Below, piece by piece: positions 11,726 to 25,935 of a stretch of 44,707 bases of DNA; position 1 is the stretch's first letter; each line of letters begins with the position of its first letter. The position numbers and the translations under genes were made by a program. The notes below the pieces were generated by a model. The model ran no database searches. It saw only the letters and a program-made list of their open reading frames with translations, and was not told the DNA's origin. Source of the DNA: Bigelowiella natans CCMP2755 (Eukaryota; Protista; Cercozoa). The DNA lies in assembly GCA_000320545.1 (NCBI GenBank), contig ADNK01000026.1:1-44707 (forward strand), in the 5' to 3' direction.

Positions 11726-13357
11726 ATGCCGTCCTTCTCCCTCCCGAACCATCTGCTGTGGCATCCCCCCCCCCCTCGCTCTCGTCCGAGGGAATCGCTT
11801 CGCTGTTTAATGCTGAAGGTTTTCTTAGTAACCTTCGTGGCTTTGCAGTACCATTCGTCTGCGCTGCTACAGGCAAACATCACGCTATCATCGTTAACAT
11901 TAGTACCGGGCCGGATGATGCGAGTGATGAAGGGCGGAGGGAGAATGGGTTCGGCAGACAACTCACTAGCGGGTAAGCCTTTCATACATAGAGAAATTTA
12001 CCTTTTCCATCCTAGCAGCATCCGCGCATACGAAATCATCCTCTCACATGCGCATGATCAAGCTAAAGATACTTACTACCCACATTGTTCTCCACTACTA
12101 TGAGAAGACAATGTAAGATTCCTCATACCTTGTGCAGTTCAACAGAGATGGAGGCCATCAAGATCACATTTAGGAGCTGTAATTTCCAGGGGGGGGTTCT
12201 CTTCCCGGTACCGCTCCTGCTACACCTCCTCTGCTCACTCTTCCTCCTCAAATGAAGATGAAGGTTTCACGAACGACAAAACTGGAATTCGTATCAACAA
12301 GTGTTTCAAAGAATTCGTATCCCGACGGGAATCCGATCGCTACGTCGCAGATGGGAGGTAGTATACTTGAAATATGAAAGTCTCACTACTCATCGTATCT
12401 TGACGAGGAAGAGTGACAAATGGCTATTTGCCGGCAGAGTCCAAATCAACGGGGTTGTGGCCAAGCCAGGTGATGCACAATTCCAATGCGTAACAATGAT
12501 GCGATTTTCATTTCGGGGCAGGGTCGAAGAAAATGATGTTTTTTATGATGACGCTGCGAATCAAAAGATAAAGTATTATCACGTGTAAGAATTTCACGAA
12601 TCTGAATTGCTACAACTTTGAAACATTTGAAACAAGGTGCTCGAGTATTTCCAGGCGACTGTGTTACGCTAGACGGCAAACCGGTCGTAGCAGCAGAAGA
12701 GTAGCACCAGAACCAGAATTTAGACAACGGAGATAAATGGAGAGGAGGGGAAGGAAAAGACAATTCACAAAACAATCGATGCATAATCCACATAAGACTA
12801 GTATTCGTAAGCTATGTATGCGGGATCTGAAACTAGATTTTATGATAAAAAGAGATAATATTTCCGACATTTCGAATCTATCACACTTTAATCAGTCGTG
12901 CATCTACTTGATGATAATCGTTGCTCGGATAAAGCCAACTACTTACTTTTGGGCACAGGTTTCCTGGGAGAAGCTAGCCATCGTTAGAGAGGATGGTGAT
13001 CTAGAGTCTCAGTTCGTTTACATCAAGTACTGGAAACCAAGGGGTATTATTATGGCAGGGATCGACGTGTTATACGGCTATTTTTTTTGGTTTTTCTCCT
13101 GATGATCATGATCTTCGTTGCTGTCTCTGCGATGCACCTCTCCTCAACCACACTTGGAAATAAACTCATGCGCGACGGTCCTTTTGCATGTGTGCATTCT
13201 GAACTTGGCCCACGCTCTTTGGTTCCCTTTCCTTTGATTCGTTTAGGAGTGATCTGCACGACTGACACCCGTATCGAGGGCAATATCATCGATGCAGTGA
13301 GCCATCCCAAGCGCATATACCCGGTGGGAAGATTGGACAAGGTTGTAGGAGGAGAGT

Positions 13358-13402
<45 letters not shown>

Positions 13403-14004
13403 TATTCTTTTTTCTCTTTATTCTTAACCACTACCAGTAGCATCATCATCATCATCATAATCATCATCATCATCATCACCATGATCAGGATACCTCTGGG
13501 TTGATATTACTGACTTCAGATGGCCGCGTGCCAAATTCAATACTGCGAGTAGTAAATCATTATTACCTTCCACGCATTTCTAGTCCATCCTCCACAGCTT
13601 AGCAAAAAAAAATAAGGGAGAGGAAGAATACCCAACGAAGCTGCAAAGACTTGATGCGCAAGCAGCTGCACGCAGGGCGGTTGGGGATTAGCCTCTCCGC
13701 CGTACACCATCACGTTTGACGGGATGGTGGAAGGAGAACGATAGGGAAGGAGAGCGATGACTAAGTGGCCTCCTGACTTGGGCATGCATACGCATCCTTA
13801 TTACTCTTTTGTGCGCCCGCTCATACCTACGGTTGTCAGTTACTGTAACAATATGTGCCCTCCTCCCTCCCGGAAATCATAGGCAAGCGGTAAGAAGTCG
13901 AAGGAGTACAGGGTTGAAGTGAATAGAGCAATAACAGAAAGGCACCTCACGATGCTCCGGGAAGGTGATCCTTATACATATCGGTGGTGGATGTAGGCAC
14001 ATGT

Positions 14005-14040
<36 letters not shown>

Positions 14041-14423
14041 TACGGAGGGAGGCGGGGGGTGGGGGGCGGGGGGAAAGATATTTCATAGCGATTATAATAA
14101 CCTACGTCGTTACAAAGGTGTCCTCATTACGACTGTAGCTCAACGTGATCGGAAGGTCAAACAACAAACCAATAAGAACTATAAATAACGAATCGAGATG
14201 GTATATATCCACCATACAATGCTGTCACGCAGCAAGCAAAGAAGTAGTGGAATGATGAGAGATGATGACGACGCATGCATGGTGTCATAAAAAGGGTGCC
14301 ATCCATAGAAGACAACTGCTGTTACTAATTAGGCGAAGCCACTCACAGCATATACTCTGCCTGCCCAAGTTGAGAGAATCGCAGATAATGTCATATTTCT
14401 TTCTTTTCCCGAAATATTTGCTC

Positions 14424-14471
<48 letters not shown>

Positions 14472-15318
14472 TTGTCTTTCTCCCGTGCTTGTCTAATACC
14501 TCTTCATAATCACGAGTACAAACACGCACACACGCACAAGGCACACAAAGACACGTACGTACGAATCGTATTCGTGTGAGGTATGCTGTGAGTCGCACCT
14601 GTATGTATGTGCTTTTTGCTTCCTTTCCTTCTGCTCGTTCTCTTCTATCCCTGACGATTTCTTGCTGCTCTCAGAAGGTTTTGATGACGATATACGAGGG
14701 TAGGAACAGGCAGATTCGAAAGATGATGGAGGCACTGGGGTACAAGGTACGACCAATAGATTATCGAGGCAGAGAAGAGGAAGAAGAAGAAGAAGAAGAA
14801 GAAGAAGAAGAAGGGGAAGATAACATCCCGCATATAATACGTGATATTATAAATTTATGAACAAACGGAGATATGCTTCTGTTTTCCTCTTCATTTGTAT
14901 TATTTATCTTACATTCGACTGCCCCCCTCCCCCCCCGCCGCCCCTCTCTCTTTTTCCCTACATATGAATATATACATGCAACTGGATTGATCATCTGTGT
15001 GAATATAGGTGGTAAAGCTCCACAGGTTAAAAGTGATGGGAATCGGTAGATAATATGCCAAAAAACTATCAGAACGCAAATTGCCTGTCTTTTTGGCCAT
15101 CTAAAATCTAAAAGATGAAGTAACATCCCCATTACATACACTGCCAGTCCTAGTGCACTGTCGAGCTTTCTTCTCCTGTTTCCGCCGATACTCTTCTTAA
15201 AAATGCTTTGTATATTCACACGGCAGACCTGGATCGTCTAGTTCCGGGATCATGGGTACCCCTGAATGAAATAGAAATGAAATGGATTCGAGGAGGACTA
15301 TCACCATCGAAAGAATAA
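11726..15318 (+). CDS. rRNA pseudouridine synthase, RsuA/RluB/E/F family (RluF-like) with S4 domain; likely organelle (plastid)-targeted
   Basis: Exons: [25 protein letters not shown]|[11 protein letters not shown]|[15 protein letters not shown]; YIKYWKPRG|VICTTD...[13 protein letters not shown]|[12 protein letters not shown] (catalytic GRLD); KEYRVEV; [19 protein letters not shown]|[12 protein letters not shown]; [11 protein letters not shown]...KE*. Hydrophobic then Ser/Arg-rich leader. Confidence 0.9.
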
Positions 15319-15346
15319 TACTTCCAAGTAGAATATGTCTAGATGA

Positions 15347-15412
<66 letters not shown>

Positions 15413-16313
15413 AGAGACTCCTCGTACGCTATCGTCGACATGCAAAGTTGTGTGTGTATGCCTAGATGCGTAATATCTCTCGACATTGCTAGATTGTAGC
15501 TCTAGAATCGCGCTACACATTTTAGTGTTCTTATTGCTAGTGTTGTTCACTTTGCTGAAATGCTTGTTTCATGACGGGCAGTCGATGATCTATCATGCAT
15601 TCGCATGCACACTAGCACCGCCAAATTAATGCATTCATTGTTGCGTTATTTGACACGCATCTAGCTAGCTGGATGTATGCATGGTCCTGCACATTGCTTG
15701 CATCCCATCTCTACAACAGCCTTGCTAGTTTACCGCACTCATGGCGGTCGCCACGTACTGCTAGCGCCGCTTGATATATCTGACAAGCTCTAGGGCTGTT
15801 ATGCTGCTGCTGTCGCGCATGCTTATAGATGTTCTACAGCTATATACATGATATCAGCTGCAGCAGCGAGGCAAATGAGTAGCAACTCTCAAAGCCTCTG
15901 CAACAGTAAACCAGAAGTTGTCTGCTACGTCCAATGACGATGATGTCAGTACGGCTAGTTTTGTATGCTTTGCAAGTTTTCATTGGTGAGGCGTGTCTTA
16001 GCTAGATCTAGAGATATCTCTTGATCACTCTACGATGTAATCTACGTCTCATACATGTTGCTGACCAAAGCTTGTACAGTGTGTTTCATTCATAGCCCTA
16101 ACAATGAAGCATTGTCTGATAGCCCATGGTAGCATTACATTACTGAGGTTTCGTCTTGTTCATTAATTAAATCAAATCTTGCTTTTTGCGATTACATATT
16201 TCGCTTGTTTATTTAGCATAATCTTAAGGTGACTGTATATGTCTAAACTTTTAAATTACTTTCTATAGGTGTTCTTCACAATACATATTTAACTATTAAC
16301 TCTACCGCGTTAT

Positions 16314-17478
16314 CTATGCTATTATTCTGATAATTTCGTGTCGAGCGTCTTCGTCATCGTCGTCGTCTTCCCCGAGAATACCGACGATTCTTTGCCTAAG
16401 AAGCTCCACAAGATGAGGGTTGATGCTATGTCCTGGCAATATCTCAAGCTGAGAAAGCGCCCAAAGAGCGTCAGTAGCTTGATCGCATGAGAGTACTTCC
16501 ACATTTGCAAAGAGAATTTCCTCTAATATCCGTAGCTGTCTCGGCTTAACCACTACGCCAAGGCGTGCAAGCGACCAGAGCATCGATGCCGCCACTTGGA
16601 ACGGCATGTTCAGGGGGGTAGTGGGAGAGGAGGAGGAGGAGGAGGAGGAGGAGGAGGAGGAGGGCGTTAACAAGGCTCTAGATGATGGCATCGACGACGG
16701 GGGATTGATGGGAGGCTGGTATTGCTGCTGCAGCTGTTTCTTCTGCTGATAATCACTGTTCTTTAATTTCTTGTCCACCAGAGTAGAAGCAACACCTGCA
16801 GCCTAAGTTATCATTATTATGATTAATACCAGCAGCACCAAAAGGTGGTGATTGATCATCGACTACTTCATGATGATGAATCAACATGCGCGAAGTCACA
16901 TTCCTTTCCCTTCTCATGCATTGTCTGATGATACGAGAAAAAGGCTAAAAGTAGTACACCGTCGTGGATCTACGATGTGATGCGTCCCTAGTCCTCCTCT
17001 CTAAGTTTGAACACCTCCCCCCTCCTCCCTTTTCCAGCGAGATCGATTACCACTCCTCCTTCTCCTCCTTCCTGGGTGCTGAGGAAACCGTCTTGCTTGT
17101 CTTGAGCGCTAAAGTTCTCGACGTCTTCATTCCTATATTGCTCGACGTCGTCGTCGTCGTCGTCGTCGTCTTCTTCTTGTAGGCGCCTGACCTTCCTTCT
17201 CCTCCTTTTCTTCCTCTTCATTGTTATTTCCGCTCCTGGGGTGGGAGCAGCAGGAGTAATGTCATTTTGCAGTGTAGTTCTCGATGTCGTTTTCGTGGCT
17301 ACTACTGCGGCTAAAGCAATATCCTCGTGCTTCTCCTCTTCTGGTCTATTTTGTTCTTCTTGTGCTTCTTCGTCGCTGAGTAGCAGGTAATCGATAAGAG
17401 TGGCGACCACGTCTCTCGATCCTGGTGCACCTACGCTTGCAAGGGCTCGAATCACGCTTGCGAGCATTCGTGGATCTA

Positions 17479-17515
<37 letters not shown>

Positions 17516-18802
17516 GTGGTGTGGAGAAGCAAGATCGAAACTAGTTAGAAGCTTCTGCTGGAGGAGGCCCACAAGCTGCCTGACTGCAGTGGGAAAATCT
17601 TCTTTTTTTTTATCATCATCATTATCATTCTCCTCTTCTTGCTTTCCTTCGACGTAATAACCCACTTGTTGCTGGCTCCTCCGCATAGGATACACATTTT
17701 CACCGTGAGTGTTGCGGACGATGGCGATGTCGGTACTACCTCCACCTGCTGCTGCTGACCGCCCTTTCACCTCCTCCTCCTCCTCCTCCTCTTCCTTAAG
17801 CAGCCGACCGAGAGAGCAAACGATGCTAGTAATACACTTGGGCGATAATAACTCCTCGTCTCCGGAATCTATGCTGTAGCTGTGCTTGCGCGGCAACGAC
17901 GAGGAGGGGCGAAGACGGGCAGTGATCGCTTGGATAAAAGGGACCAGGAGCTCAGGTTTCTCGATGATGACCTCGAAACGCGAGAGGGATTGAAACAATT
18001 GGCTGATTCCCTGCCCAGTGAAAGACGGCGATGTACGGTCAAAATCACTGGTCCTACTGCTGCTGCTGCTGCTGCTGCTAGTGCTAGTGGTAGTGGCTGT
18101 GACATGAGCGACAGCGTGCGGCAGCAGCGTGGCAATGAACTCAGAGCTCGGCTCGATTCCCAACGAAGCCAAGGCCCAAAACGTGTTGGAAATCCTGGAA
18201 GAATACGATGGTCATGATGGGCGTGGAGACGATGACGATCATAATTCGTATGGATGTAGGAATGGTTGTGGCGATGACAGGCACACATGGCTTACAAATA
18301 CTACTTATTTAAAGATCGTTGCATTGTGATTTCTGAAGCTCTACTCTTGTACCAGTCTCTTATGACGTTCATCCCCCCCAAATACACAGTGCATTGCGGC
18401 TACTTGATGCTGCCACCACCACCACCACCACCACTACTACTACTACTACTACTGGTAGTACCCCTGGGCACTGTATCTCGAAGCTTGCTGCACGCAGACC
18501 TTCTGGTATGCATCGACAAACGAACTACTTGGGGTGTGTGAGAGCCGGGCAAATCCCCACAGCATTACCGTGCACGCCTGTGTCAAACACACGGAGGGAG
18601 TGAGAGAGTGGAGGGGGGGGGGGGGGACTGGTTTCCATAGTATCCTGATCATCATGATCTTTTCAAAATATGTAAAGCATAGATGACAGGATCCCCGCGC
18701 ACGCAGCACCTGCGATGTGCATTGTGGAAGCACGTCGAGAGCCCGTCTCTCCAAGACTTCTAGCTTCAACCGTGACGCCTTGTAGCGCACCCTGAGTGTT
18801 GG

Positions 18803-18843
<41 letters not shown>

Positions 18844-18945
18844 ATAAGAGGGTATGACGACGGCGAGGTAACGACGTCAGTGACAAGAATATTGGACTGT
18901 TCGACAACCACATTCACCACTTCCTCCTTTTTATCATCATAACCG

Positions 18946-18979
<34 letters not shown>

Positions 18980-21507
18980 GGTCAAGATCTGATGACCACA
19001 CCTTGCAAGCGCCCACACGAGGATGGTGAGTTCCTGCGCATTGAGCTTCTTTGGCTGCCGCTTTCGCTCCAAGCCCGCGAGCACCATGTCAAACACGCCT
19101 TTGTTCCTTGACCGCACTCGTGCAAGAGCCCACATGATGTTGGAGATCCCCTGTGCGGATAAGCGCTCGATGGTGTGCGAGGTGTTGGCTTGGAGTAGCA
19201 TGGCTTCTAGGTAGTGGGCGCCGCAGCGGAGCCTCGCCATGGACCATATCACACTGGCTAGCCCCTGCGCTGTGAATTCATCTGACATACGCACAGCCTG
19301 CGCGGTGAGGGCCTGTGCGAGTATGGACGACGACGACGACGATGATGATGATGATGATGATGGCGGCGGTCTTGTGCTATGATGATGATTCATAGTGACA
19401 TCTTCTTCTTCTTCTTCTTCTTCTTCTTCTTCCTCTTGGTTATCGGTGCCGGCGCCGTCCTGCCTATCGTCTACACCCTCAAGGCGAGCGGTGTGATCAT
19501 CCTCTTCGTTTGCCGTCTTTGCGAGAGCCCATAGGGCATTCGACATTCCCTGCTCAGTGAGGCCCGACACCTTACCTGCAAGTGCTTCTTCCACCATTCG
19601 TATGCTGCTGCTCACCGGGAGGTGCAGCTTGGCACTTGCCCACAGCTGAACATATGAATAAAAATATTATTATAAATAATAATAGTAATGATAACAATAA
19701 TGCAATCGACAGGCGAGAGAGTGTGAGAATACACGAAGTGAATGATGGACTGGATAAACCCAAAAATAAAAGGCGAAGGGGGCTCTCGTCATCACCATGT
19801 TTTGTTGTCTTGTATCAGGATTGTTTTTATCATGTGATTACTACTACATAAATCATCATAATAACTGTTCCCTCTCCGTGAGAACAAGAGCATTCTTTCC
19901 TGTGCATGATTCTTCTTCTGCTCTCTCCTCCCTCCCCCCCCCACCCCCACCCCCTCTCTCCCTATTTCTCTCTTGATTACCGTGTTGACGAGTCCCTGAG
20001 CGTCTAGCTTATCCGCGCATTTTCCAAGTTGCGACTGCATCGCTCGCAGCGTCGTGGTTTTGGGGACGAATAGCAGCGTTCCGAAGGACCAGAACAACGC
20101 TGCAAGCTCCGAGGGGGAGAAGTCCTCCAGTAGACATTCGGTTCGGGCCTGCAGCGCATGTACAAGTTGAGGGTCTGGCGTGACGGATAGACGAGCGAGT
20201 CCCCACATCGAGTTGGCCACATCTTGAGAGTTGAAACGATCGATCTCCTCAGCGCCGCGGGCTTGGAGCGCTTGTATTACCGAGTAGTACCTGAAGATTG
20301 CGTTTTAATTATTATTATCATTAGTAGTAGTAGTAGTAGTAGCAGTAGTAGTAGTAGAGTAGAAGTTGTAGAAATAGTTGAGCCAACGGTGAGAAATTCA
20401 AGCAGCAGCAACTAGTAGAATAGTAGTTGATGAAATGTTAAAGAAGAAGAAGAAGAAGAAGAAGAAGAAGAAGAAGAAGCACGAATGACAATCAAATAAC
20501 AAGAACTCCTCTCCCCTTCGTTCCGTTTGTATCTCCTCCTCAACGTGTCCTCCCACTGATCTATCGACAGTAGCGGGCGCACAATCATATGCACGTACTC
20601 TGGACTCGTCATCGTGGTCGCTGTAGTCTCCTTCCCTGATCCATCGTTCCCTTCCCTCCCCCCTCCCTCCGCTCCATTCCTCGGGTGAATGATACGTCCA
20701 AGGGCCCAGAGAGTTCCGGCGATATCCTTAGGAGTAAATCTCGGCGTGAGGTCGGTCGTCCTCTGCATAAGGGCGACAAGCTGCTGTGGTTTCAGCTGTT
20801 GGAGGGGAAGCTTAGCGTAGCCGTAGTAGACGTTGAGCAGCTCTTGTGTGTCAAACTGTGCTATCACTCCGCCCACGTGCTCCGACATCAGCGCGACGAT
20901 CCGATCTTGTTCGGAATAGGAGGAGGAGGAGGAGGAACTACCAGAAGAAGATGCTACTGCTGCCGTCGTCTTACCAGCACGCAGTGGAGGTATGCTCGTA
21001 GCAACGTTATGTAGCTTTCCCAAGGCCCAGAAGATGTTGGAGAACTCCTGTGCGTTAAAGTCTTGGCCTGGTGATGGTGATGATGACGATGGTCAAGACG
21101 ATAAAATAATCGAGTGGATAATCAAGGTAGTGTTTTCAGCAGGAGATGGGGATGTTGATGCCGTCATTGTCACACCAAAAATGTACAAGCGCGCGCGCAC
21201 ACACACACACACACGTTCCTCCCACCAGTTGACCCATCCCTAATCACTGCCATGACTCCCCCTCTCCCTCTTCCTCCTTCCCTTCCATCTATCTACTGTA
21301 CCACCTTTCCTCGCAACCCACTGGCGCATCTTCTTGTAAGTCTCCTGGTTCGGTTGGAACGTTAGCGTGGCAAATCCCCACACCACATTTGCAATCTCCT
21401 GGGCTTTCAGCTTTGGAAAGACGCTCTGCACACGCGTCTCAAGCACGGCCAGAAATTCAGGTCGCAGTAGTAGCTGATGATCATTACTGTTGCTACCACT
21501 ACTGCTG

Positions 21508-21541
<34 letters not shown>

Positions 21542-24050
21542 TACTTCCAACGCCACCAGTCACATAGCCGAGCTTTGCGGAAGCCCACACGGTGTTGGCA
21601 AGCCCCTGGGGAGTGAATCCAGAAATATCGGCTCGTGCACGTTCCCATAGCCAGGAGATCGATGATGAAGAAGCAAGAGCAGGAAGAAGGAGAAGCGGGC
21701 GCGACGACGACGGTGCCGAAGAACGCAGAACCGAAGATGATGGCAAGGGGGAAGAGGCCGCTAGATGGTGTTTATTACATTGTGCAAGCTTTGCCAGCCC
21801 CCATGCGATATTGGAGATTCCCTGCGGTGTGAGCTCCTCTTGATGCTTGCGTGCCTGCTCGAGGAGACTGGAGAGTGTTTCGGGACGAAGAGGGCGGCCG
21901 AGCTTGGCATAGGCCCAGATCACGTTAGCGACACTGTGAGGTTTATATGCAGGCACATGAGCCTCCACAAGCCCATCCAGCACCGTGCTAAATTGAGGAT
22001 TCAACTCCAGAAAGTTGCTGCTGCTGCCGTTGCTTGCTTTCGCCGTAGCCGTGGCCATGCTCGTAGTCGTAGTCGTCCTCTGTGTGTTGTCCGCTGGTGA
22101 ACCCCTTTTTCTGTCGTTCCTGTAGGCGGCAGCAGCAGCAGCACTTTCCCTTTCTGATGTGTGCTTTGGGTGATGGTGGTTGCGGTGGTCCTCTGCGACG
22201 GCGAATCGAGCAATGGACCAGAGCAGCATTGAGGAGGACATCGGATTTACTTCCCCACCAGCTGTTGAAACGATAGGTGTTATTAGACGCGTGAAAAGGG
22301 ACTCAGATGGGCGTGCCGTCAGCTTTGCGAGCGACCACAGAGTCCGGATGGCGTTGGTCGCCGTTAGGCCGTTGCTTTTGTTGGAGTTCCTCCTCTTGCT
22401 ATTGTTGCTCTTGTAATTGTTACTATCATGAGGAGGGGAAGGAGACGATGCTACCATCGCTTGCGGTGACGATGAGGACAACGATGATGACGACGAAGAC
22501 GATACTTGTGAGCATGAGCTACCGGTGGAGTGATGTGCTAAAGCAGGGGATGGTGGCGATGAAGATTCTGTGTCTTGGGTGTTATTGTTATTATCATTAT
22601 TGTTAGAGATGGGGGTATCATCATGTTGTTTCATGGACCCCACGGGAGATATGCTGTTCATTGAGGAAGAGTCACTACTTGGAGTTCTTGGATGACTCTG
22701 CTGACTGTGACTTGCCACCATAAAATTATTGTGTTGGGAAGGTGGAGAGGCACTAGCTGCCTTCTCTGCCAGCACGTGCAGCAAGCGCTCGTCATCTATT
22801 CTCGCTTGCATCTTTGCAAGTGAGTTAAGAATCATCCCTGCTTGCGAGGGCCAGAGATTATGCGCGTTAGCTAGAAGGTGACGTGAGAGGGACTTAAAAA
22901 GACGGCTATCAGGAGGCGCTGGAATCTTCCTCACCACTGCTAATAGGTCGGTAATTTCCTGTAGGCTCAATCGCTCACATTCGTGCGCAATTTTGAGCGT
23001 CAGGAGCTCATACGACTCGATGACGATATCCTGTGACGACGACGACGATGAGGACAACCGCGTCTTGCCGCTTTTACTACCACCATTACTACTACCAGAG
23101 CTAATACTGCTACTACTACTACTACTAACCCCCCTTCTGCTGTTGCTACCGCTAGATGGGTGGTAGCGAATCTGTGAGAGTATAGGCTTCAGCTTTGAGA
23201 GGACCTCTGATATCTTGAAGTTGTCACCCGATGAGCAGGAGGACTCTACGATATCACGCATGATTGTCGCCGTTGTTTCTAATTGTAAATTATTGCTACC
23301 GCTGCCATTCTCCTTTCTCCACCCGCGACCGCGTGACGATGAACGTCGACCGTCGATGCTGTGTGGTATTGCAGCTGACGTGTGGGATTCAGTATAATTG
23401 TTTCTACTGCTACGTTTAACTGATGACACTGATGTTGAAAACCGTCTTCCCCTTCCTCTCCCTGACACTGAAGGTATGTATCTAGGGTTATCAAGGCCAG
23501 TACTGCTGTTGCCATTCGTAATGTAGACCGGTCTCCGACCTGCGGTTAAAGTCCCGCGCCGCTCCGACCTAATAGATTGCAGCAATATATGAATAGTTAG
23601 AAGAAGAAGAAGAAGAAGAAGAAGAAGAAGAAGAAGAAGAAGAAGAAGAAGAAGGAGATGATGATGAAGAAGGAGAAAAGAGATTTAGAAATAAAAATCG
23701 AAAAAGGAAAATTTGTGAGTCAACCCCCAACACAAGTCTCCGAATCTATTAACGCTGATGTATGCGGACCTAATTTCCCATCTTGATCCGCTCCCAGGCC
23801 AGCCACATGGTGGCGACGAAGCTGATGGGCCGCCATTGCCTGTTAACTGCCCGAAATTGTTGTTAGATAGTTGCCCATGAGGCGAATAGCAGGGACGTGG
23901 GACGAAATATTGAGAGCGTGTAACTCGGAACCTGCCTCTACCCCCAAATGTACTGCGTACTGCGCCTCTTTTCTTTACAAACGGGCCAAGAATGGCTATC
24001 GATACGAATGTGAGCCACCATAATCCCCCTCCATATGGACATCTCCCCAT
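16314..24050 (-). CDS. Large helical-repeat RNA-binding protein (OPR/RAP-associated-type repeats), likely plastid-targeted, multi-exon
   Basis: Many ~38-aa repeats: YKPHSVANVIWAYAKLG, LTPQGISNIAWGLAKLA, FTPQGLANTVWASAKLG, LKAQEIANVVWGFATL, FNAQEFSNIFWALGKL, FSPSELAALFWSFGTL, LTEQGMSNALWALAK, LSAQGISNIMWALARV. Leader MGRCPYGGGLWWLTFVSIAILG followed by an Arg-rich segment. No clear RAP domain seen. Confidence 0.8.
23600..23653. repeat. (GAA)n microsatellite in first intron of the OPR-like gene
   Basis: Seen directly. Confidence 0.95.
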
Positions 24051-24441
24051 CACTGCCTCTTATACGGGGGATCAGGAGCGTGAGTAAGGGGGGGGGGAAC
24101 GCCCTTGAAGCACAAGCATCTAAGCGTTCGAATTCAAGTTACGACAACTAGAATAGTCGCAAAAGATGTGTGTTTGCCGTGGAATTGTGGAAGGAAACCC
24201 GAACGTTCCTTGTCGCATATGAGGAATCGGGATACCTCCTGCAGGGAAAGAGAGACCGGTCCTTTTATTTTGTGTTGTCGTAGCACAATAAACGCAACTC
24301 GCTGTGGCTTGCCGAGAAAGTGGCAGGCAGTCGCTCTTGAGGGATCGGGTTGCCTTTCTACGACATCGAAATATGGGCAGAACTAAGCTTGTCGCGATCT
24401 CCCCTTTTCAAGCTGCGACAGCTAAAGACAGCTTCCCACCA

Positions 24442-25935
24442 ATGGGCTCTAAGAAGCGTAAGGCTGAGGCTCTTCCGCCGGCCCCAGCAGTAATTTCCCC
24501 TGATTCTAATTCCGAAACGTGATTATGGAGGCGATTCATCTACGTGTCTAAATTTTCCAAAGCATGTTGTTGGGCGAAAACTGTGTTTCATGTGTTCAGA
24601 GGAACACAGAAAGATTGGCGGGATGTTTCACTGAAAAGCCATTGTTCATCAACTCAGAAACACAGCCATGAGCGCCAAAGGCAAGCATATATTGATAATA
24701 TGCACAACTTCTGGCAGAAGCAGCTCGATAAAATCAAAAGTAAGTCCTTACTTCCTTGAGAACTGAAAAAAATTCAGTCTGACATGTTTCACTGCAGACA
24801 CCGACTTCAAGAATCTAAAACAACACGACCTACCATTGGCGCGCATAAAGAAAATTATGCGAAGTGACGAGGATGTAAAGGTGGAAATATTACCAATATA
24901 ACATGTAGGTCCTTCCGTAAATGCTTGTGTCTGTCAGATGATTAGTGCCGAAGCTCCTGTCCTATTTGCTAAAGCATGTGAGCTTTTCATTTTGGATTTG
25001 ACTATGCGGGCATGGTCACATGCGGATTCAAATCGGCGGCGCACTCTCCAAGTAAAATAAGCTATCAATCATCTTGAAGAATGTTGCAATTGCAAACAGT
25101 ATTCGAGATGACCACTGAGAACGGTTGGCTGTTTTTTTGTTTATAGCGAGAAGATGTCGCAAAAGCTGTTGCCGATTCGGAAACGTTCGATTTCCTCCTA
25201 GATGTCGTTCCGAGACAACCCCCTGACCATAACAAGGATACAAATAAGGATAAGGTATTATACCAACTTCGTATTTCGAAATATGATTATTAGTTTCAAG
25301 GTAGGAGAGGTTACAGCAGTTACCCTATAGACTTTACAAACGTACTTAAGCCAAAAAACAGCATATCTTAAATTTCTGATGGTATAAACAAGGTCCCAGA
25401 TGCTAATTCGGTGGCTGAGATGGCCAAAAACCCATTGGATTCGGACATTGCTCAGGTATCAAATTTCTCAATAGTAAATTATATCTTCAAAGGCGTGCAT
25501 TGATACTCATGTCCTTTTTGTTGAATTAATCAGAGTGACCATCGATTACGGCGCCCGATGTTAAATCCTCTTAACCCAGCTGCAGCGTCTCTGGATATGA
25601 TTATGCCTGTACCGGTGGAATCGAAAGTTCAGGGGGTATGTTTCTACTCACTACCTTCATACGCCCTATTACCATATGCGCGTGCACCAAGCACTAGGAA
25701 GTGTTTCTTTGCGTGCGCGCGCGCGTGTGTGTGTGTGTGTGTGTGTGTGCGTGTGTGAAAATACATAATTATGATATAGTTTAACGCGTTTGTATCCCAA
25801 AATATTGAGCTGGGGTACGATATGGAGACTTACTTGGATTTGTGCTTCTAGCAGTCAGCTCAACAAATCCCCGTTAATACTGCAACCATGGGGAGAAATG
25901 ATCCTATTTTTACTGGAGCATCTGGTGAAAAATGA
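24442..25935 (+). CDS. NFYC: Nuclear factor Y subunit C (CCAAT-binding, HAP5/NF-YC), multi-exon
   Basis: [10 protein letters not shown]|[27 protein letters not shown]|[38 protein letters not shown]|[23 protein letters not shown], the canonical NF-YC histone fold. 3' end approximate. Confidence 0.93.

Noticed and set aside
11083-11985. 300-aa ORF as a genuine N-terminally extended ubiquitin fusion
   Set aside because: Its upstream part is antisense to exon 1 of the pseudouridine synthase. It reaches ubiquitin only through a frameshifted relic.
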